Source: a virus
Taxonomy: Duplodnaviria; Caudoviricetes
DNA: 64,000 nt
Reading direction: 5' to 3' (one strand)
Virus record (IMG/VR): IMGVR_UViG_3300028886_000003
Location: 64,001 to 128,000 of that record
The position numbers and the translations under genes are program-made. Below are positions 38,766-49,154 of the stretch, piece after piece. Below the pieces are notes generated by a model, which saw only the letters and a list, made by a program, of their open reading frames with translations, did no database searches and had not been told where the DNA came from. Position 1 is the first letter of the stretch. Each line of letters opens with the position of its first letter.

Positions 38766-40577
38766 CTATTCTTTCTCTTTTTTAATTAACCCCATAATAA
38801 AGTATTTGTTGTTACCATTTGCTGTAGGCATATATTCTCTATGCACTTGGTAATATCCTTCTGCATTATTGCTGTGGTTGTATGAACCATCTTTTAAATC
38901 AAAGGCATCCATAATAAGTCTTTTGACTTTGTTACGATCTTTAATTTTTGCTTCAGGTTGTTTATGGTAAATTGCTTCTCTTACATCTTGTGCGGTAACT
39001 AATTTTTCGTATTCGCCATCGTCAAGTAAGGTATTCCAGTCATAGTAATCATATCTGAATGTATCTTCAATAATATATCTTTCAGGATTGTTATATTTGT
39101 TAATGAAGTGAGTGAATTCATCATTAGTTTTTTCTGCAGATAATCTTGTACCTTTAGGGCCGTGTCTAATTTTCATGTAGGCATCAATACTGTTGGTGAG
39201 TAACCAGTTCATTGATTCTTCACTACATACAATATTTGGAAGTATTTGAGGATCACGTTTTGAAGGGTCACTTATACCGAAATTGAATTCAATAAAGCAT
39301 TTCATTCTTTCCATTAGTGCACTGTCTATGTGTTCACCAATACCTGCTAGATCATTAGTAGTTACTAATGTTTTTGGTAATTCCCAGTCTTCATAATGTT
39401 TGGATTGTTCATATATTCTTGCTATATTCATTCCGCCTTGACCGGTGTAGTTTTTGATTTCAGGAACATTTTTGATTCCATTGTATTCGTCTACGATGTT
39501 GATGTTTGCATCGATTAATGGTTGTATGTATTTGGAATCAAAGTCTGAGTTGAATATGTCTACATTACATTTATTTTTGTCAAGTAATTCGCCAAGTAAT
39601 GATGCACATACTCCTTTTCCACTTCTTGATGCACCAATAAAGAAGATTATTAATTGGTATGGGTTACCATCGTCTAAATAGTATCCAAAGATTTCAAGTA
39701 ATTGTTTTATTTTATTCTCTGGGTCATCTCTGAATATTTCATATAAGAATTTGCGTAATGGCTCAGGTGGTTCAGTACCAATTAAAGACTTCTCATATGT
39801 ATATGGTGTCTTTTTGTTGATAATTATTTCTTTGTCTGAGCTGGTATGAAACTTGTTAGTTGAGAAATCAAAGTATCCATTTTTTGTTACTATTTTATTG
39901 TATGATGGATTTACTGTTCGGTTAAAGTAGGTTAGAACTATGTCTAATGTTTGAGCACTTACTTTATTAACTTCGCATACATCATATACAAATTGTAACA
40001 TCTCATCTTTGTCTATTGTTCTACATATGTTGGTGGCTAAAGGCATAACATATCTATTGTAAGTTTTCTTTAAACCGGCCTTTAAGAAAAGATCAACCAT
40101 TGCTTGGATTAGGTCATTGTTAGTTCTGGAAACTTTTTCTGTGTCAATTAAGTATTTAATATGGTCTGGTATAGAATACTCATTACTTTTTTGAAGATTA
40201 CTGATGTATTTCTTAAAATTGGAGAATATTTTCTTCTCGTTATGACCTGAATCATTTAATTGTTGAAATGTGTCACGTGCATCTTTATTTTTGAGTTTTA
40301 GATTTTTATTTAACTCAACATATTCACCTTTAATCTTAAGCTCGTTATATTTGGGATCGTACACCATATTAAGAAAATCAAAATGATACCCATCTTCATA
40401 TTCAACTACGTGCATATCCATAAAGTTAGGTAATAGTTGCTTTTCAACAACTTCCTTACTGTACTTCCAATTAACGTTCTCTTCTACTTCATAGAGTCCT
40501 TGCTCTTTTTCTCTCATTGCTTTGTACTTTTCAAATTTATCCATAAAATCATTGGAATCTTCATTTTCAAAATCCAT
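38766..40577 (-). CDS. Superfamily 3 (D5/P4-type) replicative helicase
   Basis: KNGYFD (D5_N), Walker A GASRSGKG, Walker B NIVDE, motif C TTN, arginine finger ER. Confidence 0.85.
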   Translation of the reverse strand: MDFENEDSNDFMDKFEKYKAMREKEQGLYEVEENVNWKYSKEVVEKQLLPNFMDMHVVEYEDGYHFDFLNMVYDPKYNELKIKGEYVELNKNLKLKNKDARDTFQQLNDSGHNEKKIFSNFKKYISNLQKSNEYSIPDHIKYLIDTEKVSRTNNDLIQAMVDLFLKAGLKKTYNRYVMPLATNICRTIDKDEMLQFVYDVCEVNKVSAQTLDIVLTYFNRTVNPSYNKIVTKNGYFDFSTNKFHTSSDKEIIINKKTPYTYEKSLIGTEPPEPLRKFLYEIFRDDPENKIKQLLEIFGYYLDDGNPYQLIIFFIGASRSGKGVCASLLGELLDKNKCNVDIFNSDFDSKYIQPLIDANINIVDEYNGIKNVPEIKNYTGQGGMNIARIYEQSKHYEDWELPKTLVTTNDLAGIGEHIDSALMERMKCFIEFNFGISDPSKRDPQILPNIVCSEESMNWLLTNSIDAYMKIRHGPKGTRLSAEKTNDEFTHFINKYNNPERYIIEDTFRYDYYDWNTLLDDGEYEKLVTAQDVREAIYHKQPEAKIKDRNKVKRLIMDAFDLKDGSYNHSNNAEGYYQVHREYMPTANGNNKYFIMGLIKKEKE

Positions 40578-40585
40578 GTTATCAC

Positions 40586-40774
40586 CTAAATGTTATTTGT
40601 TTTATTTTCAAGATTTATTCCTTCTTGATTAATGTTTTGTTTGTAGAAATTCATTAATGCTAGTCTAAAAATTGCTGCTTTTGACAAAGAAGTCATATCT
40701 TGCAATTCTTCTAGCATTTGCTCTGTTTTCTTGTCCATCCATATTGATAGACGAATATCTTTTTTCGATGTCAT
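40586..40774 (-). CDS. Ribbon-helix-helix (CopG-like) DNA-binding protein
   Basis: IRLSIWMD...LEEL...SKAAIFRLAL. Confidence 0.8.
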   Translation of the reverse strand: MTSKKDIRLSIWMDKKTEQMLEELQDMTSLSKAAIFRLALMNFYKQNINQEGINLENKTNNI

Positions 40775-41314
40775 AGTAGTCTTTTATGTACCGAAGTAGT
40801 ATATAAACCTATCTGTCCTCAACGTACAAAAAAGTACATTATTATTGAGTTGCACATTATTGCATTGAATACCGCGAACAATCAAACATATATATATAGT
40901 TTTTTCTGAATAATGTATACATTGTAATGGGGGGGTATGGCAACCCCAGTTTCCTATATATATATCTATTTTTTTTTTATTCTATTGTTTATATCTTTTA
41001 TTATAGATGGCCTTTTTTATATAGAGTAAAAAAAAAAAAAGGGTTAGGGGGGGGGAAACAAGGGTTGTATAACACCCCCTTCTTAAAGTTAGAAATATGT
41101 TACATTTGTGAAAGTGTGTTTTTGGGCTTTGATTGACGGGAAGGTTGGAAAAAAATATCATTTTAATTGATTTTACGATTGATAATTTTAATACTTTTTC
41201 ATTTAAACCTTACTTTAATTAATGAGCTTTTTGATTATTCAAGGTATTGTTTATGAAAATGTATGTTTTTTGTATGTTGATATATATTGAATTGTTTTTG
41301 GGTGTAAAATATGT

Positions 41315-42304
41315 TTGGTTTTGGGGTGGTTGATAGTAAAGTTTATATATGATGTTTTTAATAGTTATATGTATCAATTTGTGGAGATGATATGTTTGAG
41401 TTTAAAGTGGAAGAGTACTGAGATTGGTGATCATAGTTTGATGAGTATTAGTTTTAATGATGCTGAGGTTGATATTGCTATCACTAATAATGAGGCTAAG
41501 AAGTTGCAGGCGATTTTGAATGATATTAAGCATGATTATCGTTCTAATGTTGGTGTGGGTAAAGATTTGGAGTCTGAGGTTAGTGATAATGTTATTGGGC
41601 CTAAGGTTAAGGAAACGCTTAGGTTGTGGCGTGATCAGTTAAATTCTTTTTTAGATGATAATGAGCCTGTTTATTATTCTACTGATGGTGATTCTAGTTG
41701 TTTTTATGTTGATTATCAGAATAATGATGAGGATGTTCTTGATCTTTTGGCGGCTTATAATTTGTTGGGTTGTACTCTTAATGAAACTGAATCTCGGTTA
41801 GGGAACATGAATATTGAGTATATTTTGAAGAGGAATGATATTAGTTGGAGTAGTTTGCCTGTTGAGCGTTTTGATAAGCGTTTTGGTATTGAGAGTGAGA
41901 TCATTGGTAGGGTAAGTGTGGATGCTAAGTATGTTGCTGGTGTTAGTAGTGGTCGTGTTATTAATGATGTTGCTAATGATGTGGATTTACCTGTGTATAT
42001 AGTTTGGGCGTGTTGTGTTGCAAGAGGTATTAGTTTTGATATACATAATTGTATGACTGATAGTATTGAACATATTTATGTGAGGGTTGGGCCTAGTAAG
42101 ATTTTTGATAGTAATGATGATTTTAGTATTCATTATAAGGATGCTTATAACAAGCTTGATAGTCTTGGTGGTATTAAGTTCTTGAAAGAGTGTAAGAGTA
42201 ATGGTATGTTTCAGCGTGAAATAGCTAATAAGTATGGTATTAGTATTAGTCATTTGCGTAGGTATATTGTTAATATTCATAAAGAGGATTGGGGTGAGTG
42301 GTAA
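41315..42304 (+). CDS. Hypothetical protein with C-terminal HTH (true start probably near 41390)
   Basis: GMFQREIANKYGISISHLRRYI; TATA AAAGTTTATATA at about 41338. Confidence 0.6.
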   Translation: MVLGWLIVKFIYDVFNSYMYQFVEMICLSLKWKSTEIGDHSLMSISFNDAEVDIAITNNEAKKLQAILNDIKHDYRSNVGVGKDLESEVSDNVIGPKVKETLRLWRDQLNSFLDDNEPVYYSTDGDSSCFYVDYQNNDEDVLDLLAAYNLLGCTLNETESRLGNMNIEYILKRNDISWSSLPVERFDKRFGIESEIIGRVSVDAKYVAGVSSGRVINDVANDVDLPVYIVWACCVARGISFDIHNCMTDSIEHIYVRVGPSKIFDSNDDFSIHYKDAYNKLDSLGGIKFLKECKSNGMFQREIANKYGISISHLRRYIVNIHKEDWGEW

Positions 42305-42639
42305 TGGTTTTGCTTAAGGAGTTGTTTAATGAGGCGTATACTAAGTATGGGTATAATAGTAATTGTAAGAAGAAGTCGCGTGTTATGGTGAAGTCATCTG
42401 AGTCTGGGTTCTTTAATATTAGTGTTGTTGAACGATATGATGCTAAGAAGGGTTATGTTTTTAGATATTCCTGGGTGGATGAAAATAATGAGCGACATCG
42501 TTCGGAATCTATTGATCTTTATAGATTACGTAAGAAAGTGTTGACTAATGGTTGGGATTGGGGTATTTATAATATACCTTTGGCTCATCAGTTATTGATG
42601 CGTTTTAATGTTCCTTATAATGTGTCTTGTTTAAAATAA
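42298..42639 (+). CDS. AP2-like DNA-binding domain protein
   Basis: SGFFNIS...GYVFRYSW...SIDL..LRKKV...GW.W. Confidence 0.5.
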   Translation: MVMVLLKELFNEAYTKYGYNSNCKKKSRVMVKSSESGFFNISVVERYDAKKGYVFRYSWVDENNERHRSESIDLYRLRKKVLTNGWDWGIYNIPLAHQLLMRFNVPYNVSCLK

Positions 42640-42960
42640 TTTTTCTTCTTTTTTTTATTGTTTTATTAGTGCTGGTTGCTTGGATATATTAAAGAAAGTT
42701 TTTTTGTTGTTTTTTGAGTTTTGATTGTGTTTTTTCGATATTAATTATGATTGTTTTTTTACTTGTTCTATGTATTGTACTGCTTCATATGATATGTATA
42801 GTATATTATATTTTTTTGTTTAATGTTCTGTGATTGGAGGCTATTTATTTGCTTGTTTTAGCTTGTGTGGCAGGATTTTTTTGTAATATTTTTTTGGCAT
42901 CCCTTTATTTTTATGTCAAATATAATTTGTTTTCTCCTGGGGGAGGGGCGTTTTTTTTAG

Positions 42961-43508
42961 AAAGGTTTATATAGTAGTTTTGACAGATATTTAATTGCAA
43001 GTGTGTATGGTTGGCAAAAAAGATTTTATACGAATGATTAAATTTATGGAGGAGATTTTTTTTCTTCTACGTGCTTTGGTTATTTATTTTTTTCTTTTTT
43101 TATTTTTTTTTTGGAAACATAAGTAACATAAATTTTTTTTATGTTTTTTATGGTAAAGTTTATATAGTAGTTTTGACAAATATATATTTGCTAATAAACT
43201 TAGTGGTTGTTTGATAATTAATTTTATCAATTAACTATTTTTTTCTTTTTTTTTAGTAAAGTTTATATACTAGTTTTGATATATAATTAATTGTAATTTA
43301 TTAGGTAGATTTTATACGAACGAAAAAAAATGGAGGAGATTATTGTCTGATTAGTTTTCATTTTAAGAGTTCATTGGGAAGAATATTGTTTTTATTTGCA
43401 TTTTTACATTCTCAGTATAGGTCTTATCTTGTTTGTTCCTAATGAACTCTATAACACCTTTTTTTAATAGAAAACTTTATATACTATTTTTAACAGATAT
43501 ATTAATTG
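42961..43508 (+). promoter_or_regulatory. Four tandem TATA-box promoters (42961, 43155, 43258, 43471) in non-coding DNA
   Basis: Consensus AAAGTTTATATA(G/C)TAGTTTTGACAGATAT.TAATTG. Confidence 0.75.
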
Positions 43509-43630
43509 GAGAAGATCAAAATATCTGTATTTTCTTCGAAATTCATTTTAAGGAATTCATTAGGAATATATTATTAATTTCGTTTCCTTTCAGTGTATTT
43601 TCTAATTTTACTTGTGCCTAATGAATTCCT
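43366..43630 (+). ncRNA. Two homologous long-stem hairpin units (43366-43450, 43551-43630)
   Basis: AGAGTTCATTGGGAA/TTCCTAATGAACTCT and AGGAATTCATTAGG/CCTAATGAATTCCT, both preceded by TTCATTTTAAG and containing a central TCAGTRT. Confidence 0.55.
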
Positions 43631-44271
43631 CCTCCTATTTATTTTTATAATGGAAAAAAACTTAACTATATATATAACGTCCAACAGACTATTTTTTGTG
43701 CATACTTAACTACTGTATGCATACATGGTATTATGCCCCTTTTGATATTCTACTATTCGAAATAGCATATTACATAAAAAAATGTCACCTCCTATAAAAC
43801 GTTTTAGCTGGGTAATTAATTTTTTACCTGGCTAAAATCAACTCCTTGCGGGGTCGATGTGAAATCACTACTTGTTCACTGTTTTTACTTTAATATTGAA
43901 CATTTGTTTAATCAGTCTTATTTTTGCTAAACACCATTTTTTGGTATATACAAGCATCTAGATGTGCCACGAAAGACATTTTGAGTTTGAGAACAAGATC
44001 AAATAAAACACACATATTCACCAAATACTCAATAACTATAACCCACCAATTAACCAAATAAAACGAAAGTACCCAAATAATTGAAGCTATTTTTTAGATC
44101 AAGATGAAAATCACACTAAAAAACACTGAAAAATGTGTTGAACAGTGCCCGTATATTAAAAATATCAGGTCAATTCGATAAAAAATATTTAGGCGCACCT
44201 AAAAAAACAGATGGAAACAAAAACCAGACCCTTGCGCGTATAAAAATATTAGAAAATAAAAAAACAAAAAT

Positions 44272-44421
44272 ATGAAAATCAACAACAAAACCATACTAAT
44301 ACTTGGACTAATAATGATCGCAATACTAAGTATGATATTTTACCATAAAGATGTAGCACTTGCAATAAGTAGTGGTCTAGTAGGTTACTTAAGTAAAGAT
44401 AACCAACATAGTAAAACATAA
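44272..44421 (+). CDS. 49-aa membrane microprotein (absent from ORF track)
   Basis: MKINNKTILILGLIMIAILSMIFYHKDVALAISSGLVGYLSKDNQHSKT*. Confidence 0.6.
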   Translation: MKINNKTILILGLIMIAILSMIFYHKDVALAISSGLVGYLSKDNQHSKT

Positions 44422-44427
44422 TAACGT

Positions 44428-44512
44428 ATAATGATCCATACTCCTGCGACAAGTGTAAACCAACATAATATATTATTTAATACCAATTAAGAATAATGAT
44501 CCATACTCCTGC
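44428..44512. repeat. Perfect 20-bp direct repeat, two copies
   Basis: ATAATGATCCATACTCCTGC at 44428-44447 and 44493-44512. Confidence 0.85.
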
Positions 44513-44579
44513 AGCAGGTATCTACAATGTTATATATTTATTTCACAAAAAAAATAATATTATTATGAGTATCTTTGTT

Positions 44580-44900
44580 TTATGCTTCAAAGAACTCTTT
44601 ATTTACTCTGACATTAGACCATACAATAGCTTTTCTCATATATTCTTCATCTTTGTTATATCCTTCAGCCATATATTCTTCAACAGAATCAAAGCCTAAC
44701 ATATATGCAAATTCATCAGTCATACAACGAATATCATACATAAAAGTATATTCAATAAATACCTCAGCAAAATATGGTTTACTAAAATCATTCATAAATT
44801 TATGATCTTTACCAGCAATAATTTTAAAATCAGGTTTACGTAAACTTATAAATTTTTGTTTAGAACAAATTGGATCAATATTTTTCTTTTTCATTAACAT
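44580..44900 (-). CDS. ASCH/PUA-like domain protein
   Basis: K..SLRK...MTDEFAYMLGFDSVEEY. Confidence 0.5.
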   Translation of the reverse strand: MLMKKKNIDPICSKQKFISLRKPDFKIIAGKDHKFMNDFSKPYFAEVFIEYTFMYDIRCMTDEFAYMLGFDSVEEYMAEGYNKDEEYMRKAIVWSNVRVNKEFFEA

Positions 44901-44929
44901 AATTATACCTCCTTTAAAAATATAATAGG

Positions 44930-45625
44930 TTATAACATTGCGTCATAACCTATGTGAGCACAACAATCTCGGTACAAGTTTTTGTATTTCTTTATTGTGC
45001 TTCTTTTTCCTTGTTTATCTTCTTTTCCTCCATGTAATGTCCAGTATTCAGTGAAGCCACTAGGATAATTAGGATTGTGCCTTAATTTGGGTTGGTGAAT
45101 ACATACACCTCCCCATATAGTTTGATCCTGTAGTTCCTTCATTCTTTTTAATTGTTCTTTTTTGTTTATTCCATGCCAATGGTTGATCTCAAGAACAATT
45201 GTTGGACCACCAAAATATCCATGACCTTTTCTTTCAACAATACCTTTTTTATATTCGTAGTTTCTTGCGTATTTTTCTTTGAGGTTGCTTCCATGTTTTT
45301 TGATTTGGTTTTCGACAGTTCGATCCCATGCTCTTTTGAATTTTTCAATATCTCTGTCATGATCTGCATATTTAGTTACATATCTAATGCAGTTGTTTTT
45401 ACCATTTTGAGGTAATACTCCATGTTTGTTTGGTTTTACTCCGCATCTTGCGGCAATTTTCATGATCTTTTCATCAGGATAACCACCGTGTGCAATACCT
45501 TTTGATCCATTTATCGCATCAAATTCTTTTTCATTTAAGCTTGGATAAGCTCTTTTACTTGATTGTTCTGCTAAACCACTTATAGCTGCTGCAGCTAAAC
45601 CTACTCCGATTAAACTTAAAACCAT
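44930..45625 (-). CDS. Hypothetical protein with hydrophobic N-terminus
   Basis: 231 aa; GGAGGT RBS. Confidence 0.6.
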   Translation of the reverse strand: MVLSLIGVGLAAAAISGLAEQSSKRAYPSLNEKEFDAINGSKGIAHGGYPDEKIMKIAARCGVKPNKHGVLPQNGKNNCIRYVTKYADHDRDIEKFKRAWDRTVENQIKKHGSNLKEKYARNYEYKKGIVERKGHGYFGGPTIVLEINHWHGINKKEQLKRMKELQDQTIWGGVCIHQPKLRHNPNYPSGFTEYWTLHGGKEDKQGKRSTIKKYKNLYRDCCAHIGYDAML

Positions 45626-45631
45626 ATATAT

Positions 45632-45832
45632 CTACCTCCTAACAACAGAAATGTCATAATTACGCTCTTTTAAAATAATTGAGCCAACACTCCATTCCTG
45701 ATAATAAATAAATTTACTTTCACCATTTTTAATTGATCTATCAATGCTTCTAAGTAACTTTATTAATTCTTCATCACTCATATTCTCTAATCTTTTTTGA
45801 GTTTCTTGTACACTTTCAACTATTTGCATCAT
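45632..45832 (-). CDS. Hypothetical protein
   Basis: GGAGG RBS and own TATA promoter (about 45864-45881). Confidence 0.55.
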   Translation of the reverse strand: MMQIVESVQETQKRLENMSDEELIKLLRSIDRSIKNGESKFIYYQEWSVGSIILKERNYDISVVRR

Positions 45833-45885
45833 GTTAATCGCCTCCTAATTATAATTTTATTTCAACTACTATATAAAAGTTGTGG

Positions 45886-46896
45886 TTAGTGACCGGGTTG
45901 ATCAATAGTTTCACCACTTCCTTCACTACAATAATCACAAGCTTCACAGTTACAACTACAAAACAAGCGCTCTTCATCTTCCTCGTCACCATCTTCAATG
46001 ATTTTGAAATAATTACTTCCAGGAATCATTTCATGAAGGCGTTCATTGGAAGCATTGATCTGAAGATATTGTGGACAACCATCCCAATCTAGATCATATC
46101 TAGTTGCATAAATGTAAAACCTACCACTTGGATCAATGCCATCAGCTAATAATAATTGACTTGCAATATCTACAGATTCAAATACTTTATTTAGCATAGC
46201 TTGATCAGGTATTCCACCAGTATCACAGAATCTAATACCACGATTACCAGCTTTAATAAAATCAACCATATCAGATGCAATTACTTTGGCTGGAAGATCA
46301 CGCATTTGAGCTTGTTGCCTCCAAACACGAATACAAATGTTATGACCATGTGGCCCTTGCTCCATCTTCCTAGCATAGCAAATGTTTTTACATTGACAAC
46401 CAAGTGCAATACATTCCCATCCAGTTTCTAGAGCAACATAACTCCATTTCTTACCAAGTTTTGTATTATTAGTTGGCAATTCAAGATGCTCCCAAGTAGT
46501 GGACCCATAAGTTTCTTCAAACTCTTCCATCCACATAGGAATCTTCTTCGCCATAGTTGCAACATTTTTGTCTGAAATCTCGCTTGGCTTACCAGTTTCA
46601 ATTTTATGTGTCAACTTATTAATGTTACGTTTTTGCGGCCTTGTTAAAATATTATTCTTACAGCTAGTCATTACACGGATCAAATCAGCTGCAGGTTGAA
46701 GCCCATCAATTGCATCATTAATAAACATTCTACGACCATCTTTAAGATTACGACCATAAACATTTACTTTTCTGAAGTAAGGTTTATCAGCTTTATAAAT
46801 CTTTTGATTAATCCTTTTTTCATCAGGATCTTCTACATTTCTCATTCTACGGCCAAATTCTTGTCTTTTTTGTAATGTTTTATTCATATATATCAA
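45886..46896 (-). CDS. Gp88-like Cys-cluster phage protein
   Basis: NTKLG, C..LG.C...CYARK, IRFCDTG, C.CNCEACDYC. Confidence 0.6.
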   Translation of the reverse strand: MIYMNKTLQKRQEFGRRMRNVEDPDEKRINQKIYKADKPYFRKVNVYGRNLKDGRRMFINDAIDGLQPAADLIRVMTSCKNNILTRPQKRNINKLTHKIETGKPSEISDKNVATMAKKIPMWMEEFEETYGSTTWEHLELPTNNTKLGKKWSYVALETGWECIALGCQCKNICYARKMEQGPHGHNICIRVWRQQAQMRDLPAKVIASDMVDFIKAGNRGIRFCDTGGIPDQAMLNKVFESVDIASQLLLADGIDPSGRFYIYATRYDLDWDGCPQYLQINASNERLHEMIPGSNYFKIIEDGDEEDEERLFCSCNCEACDYCSEGSGETIDQPGH

Positions 46897-46922
46897 CTCC
46901 TATTTTAAATATAAAAAAGTGA

Positions 46923-48269
46923 TTAATGATAATGTTGTTTAATCACTTTCTCCAAACCTTTTTTGCCTGCCCAGTTTAATAACCAAGCTTTTTCTTCAGG
47001 TGTTGGATCTCTATTGTCATAACCTTTTGCTTGTTGAATACCATCATATTTTATTTCAACAGTTAATACGCTGTCATCAGGATGATCAACCTGTCTCATA
47101 AAGAGAATAATAGTTTCACCATCAAGAATTTTATCGGTATATCTTTCATACAAACAATGACTTAATTGAGTAGCCTCATTAGCAATGTCTTCAATATTTT
47201 CGGGCAATCTAATGAAGTAAGCATCTTTCTTGTATTCTAAATACTTTTTACTTTCTTTAAATTTGTTATATTCATCCATTTTTTCCTCACGATACATTAA
47301 ACGTTTTAAATCCTCCATTTGGTTGTAATTGAAATGATGTTTATGATAGTATGACATCCAATTACTTGGATATTTATTCATTTTACTTCTTTTCATATTT
47401 TTCATTTCATATTCTCTCTTGAGATAATCATCATAATTTCTCATTAGATCTTCAACAGTTACAGCTTCAAATTGAAGTTTTAAAAGATAGTTGCAGAATG
47501 CTTTTAAATCTAAGTGCCATTCACTTGCTACTTCTAAAACACTTGTACGACCATCTCTGCCATACTCTGAATGTTTAAGATAGTTATAAGTTTGTTTATT
47601 TCCTCTATAATCAAATTTAGTAATTGAGAACGCATCATTGTATCTTTGATCTTTAACTAATTCATCTAATTTTTTGCCCAATTGATATTGTTGTGGATTC
47701 CAATAATTTTGGGTTCGAAACAATGTATCACTAGTTATACCATTATTTTTCTTAGAAACATTTCTTAGATATTTTATTTGTTCTTTGTCAAAATCCTTAG
47801 GATCATACCCAATATAGGACATTCCCCATCTTCTTACTTTATCAATATCACTACCATTTTGTATTCTTTCAAGACATTCATTCACCCTTTTGAAATCAAT
47901 ATCATGTGATAACCATTTTTCTAACGTGTCAACTTGATAAGTTGCAAAATTAGCAATATATCGAACTGGAGATTTGTATTTTAGTTTAAGACCAGCTGCA
48001 TAAACAAACATCTTTGCAAATTTGTCATTATCAGTAACTAAGCTACAACGAGTGAACCAGCTTGTAATTTTTGCAGGATCAACAATTTCAATTTTGTCTT
48101 CTCTTGTTTTGTAATGGGTTATCCTCTCAAATTCATAACTTGATAAATCATATCTGAACTCTTTACGAGGATCTTCAGGTTTTTTAAGGGTAATATATTT
48201 ACCTTCTTTGTTCATATAAATTTTATCTGCGAAAATTCCATTGTCTACTAATATTTTCATGTTAATCAT
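46923..48269 (-). CDS. PcfJ-like domain protein
   Basis: YDDYL...IRLP...EA..LSHC..Y..I..G...ILFMR...LTVEI...QAKG..NR. Confidence 0.75.
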   Translation of the reverse strand: MINMKILVDNGIFADKIYMNKEGKYITLKKPEDPRKEFRYDLSSYEFERITHYKTREDKIEIVDPAKITSWFTRCSLVTDNDKFAKMFVYAAGLKLKYKSPVRYIANFATYQVDTLEKWLSHDIDFKRVNECLERIQNGSDIDKVRRWGMSYIGYDPKDFDKEQIKYLRNVSKKNNGITSDTLFRTQNYWNPQQYQLGKKLDELVKDQRYNDAFSITKFDYRGNKQTYNYLKHSEYGRDGRTSVLEVASEWHLDLKAFCNYLLKLQFEAVTVEDLMRNYDDYLKREYEMKNMKRSKMNKYPSNWMSYYHKHHFNYNQMEDLKRLMYREEKMDEYNKFKESKKYLEYKKDAYFIRLPENIEDIANEATQLSHCLYERYTDKILDGETIILFMRQVDHPDDSVLTVEIKYDGIQQAKGYDNRDPTPEEKAWLLNWAGKKGLEKVIKQHYH

Positions 48270-48290
48270 CTCCTATTTTAATATATTTTT

Positions 48291-49130
48291 TTATAAATTA
48301 ATTTCATTGTCGTAAATTTCTCTTATAATCTTAGCAATAAGATAACTTGAGAAAAGTGCAGTTTCTTCCCATATTGCATGGTGCAATGGTTTTCTTTTAC
48401 TTTTACTAAATAATATCCCTCCTGCAATTGTAAAATCATCTTTATAAATATTGTAGAATTCATTAACTTCATGCTCTAATAATGAACATACATCATCACC
48501 AAATTCTCCAAATTCATTTTTAATATATTTTTCTAATGTTGGTTTATCAAATTCTTTTATAAAAGAATCTTCAACATCTGGATGAGTTGATACCCATTCA
48601 ATTGCTTCATTTTTAAGATAATTCCAGCTCATAATATACAGTGTTGGAATATCTTGTGTATTTAACCAACATATAATTGGATTATATGATATATCAGAAC
48701 AATAATCCTCTATTTTGATGCATATATCATAATAACTATATTCTGCCATTACATCTGATATCTCCTCCATATTAATAATTTTATAATCAAATTGGCCAAC
48801 AATTCCATTCTCAATTTCCTTGTACCAATCTAAAAATCTAATTACATCTTTTCTTTTTCTTATATTTTGCATAATATGTGAACTAAGAGGTTCAGGATCA
48901 TATTTTTCTGTCATTTGATCAATATAATAAGCAAATGCATCTAATGGAGTTCCACCTTCTTTTTCATAATCATATTTCTTAATTCCATATTCTTTTAAAT
49001 TTTCTTCAATTACTTGAACTATTTTTTCTTCTATTTCATTGCATTCATCTATTTCATATTCTTTATGGTTGTAATTACATTCTTCAAACAATTTTAAATA
49101 CATTTTGGTTGTCATTTTCATATTAATCAT
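48291..49130 (-). CDS. Hypothetical acidic protein
   Basis: 279 aa; same AGGAGATGATTAA leader as the 46923 gene. Confidence 0.6.
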   Translation of the reverse strand: MINMKMTTKMYLKLFEECNYNHKEYEIDECNEIEEKIVQVIEENLKEYGIKKYDYEKEGGTPLDAFAYYIDQMTEKYDPEPLSSHIMQNIRKRKDVIRFLDWYKEIENGIVGQFDYKIINMEEISDVMAEYSYYDICIKIEDYCSDISYNPIICWLNTQDIPTLYIMSWNYLKNEAIEWVSTHPDVEDSFIKEFDKPTLEKYIKNEFGEFGDDVCSLLEHEVNEFYNIYKDDFTIAGGILFSKSKRKPLHHAIWEETALFSSYLIAKIIREIYDNEINL

Positions 49131-49154
49131 CTCCTATTTATATAGAGAGCTATT

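Noticed and set aside
40927-41136. 69-aa ORF, and likewise 43433..43621
   Set aside because: Low-complexity translation of homopolymer or promoter DNA; no RBS
43575-43600. Hammerhead ribozyme (minus strand CTGA...GAAA)
   Set aside because: Reads CTGAAAG rather than CTGANGA, and the required stems are absent
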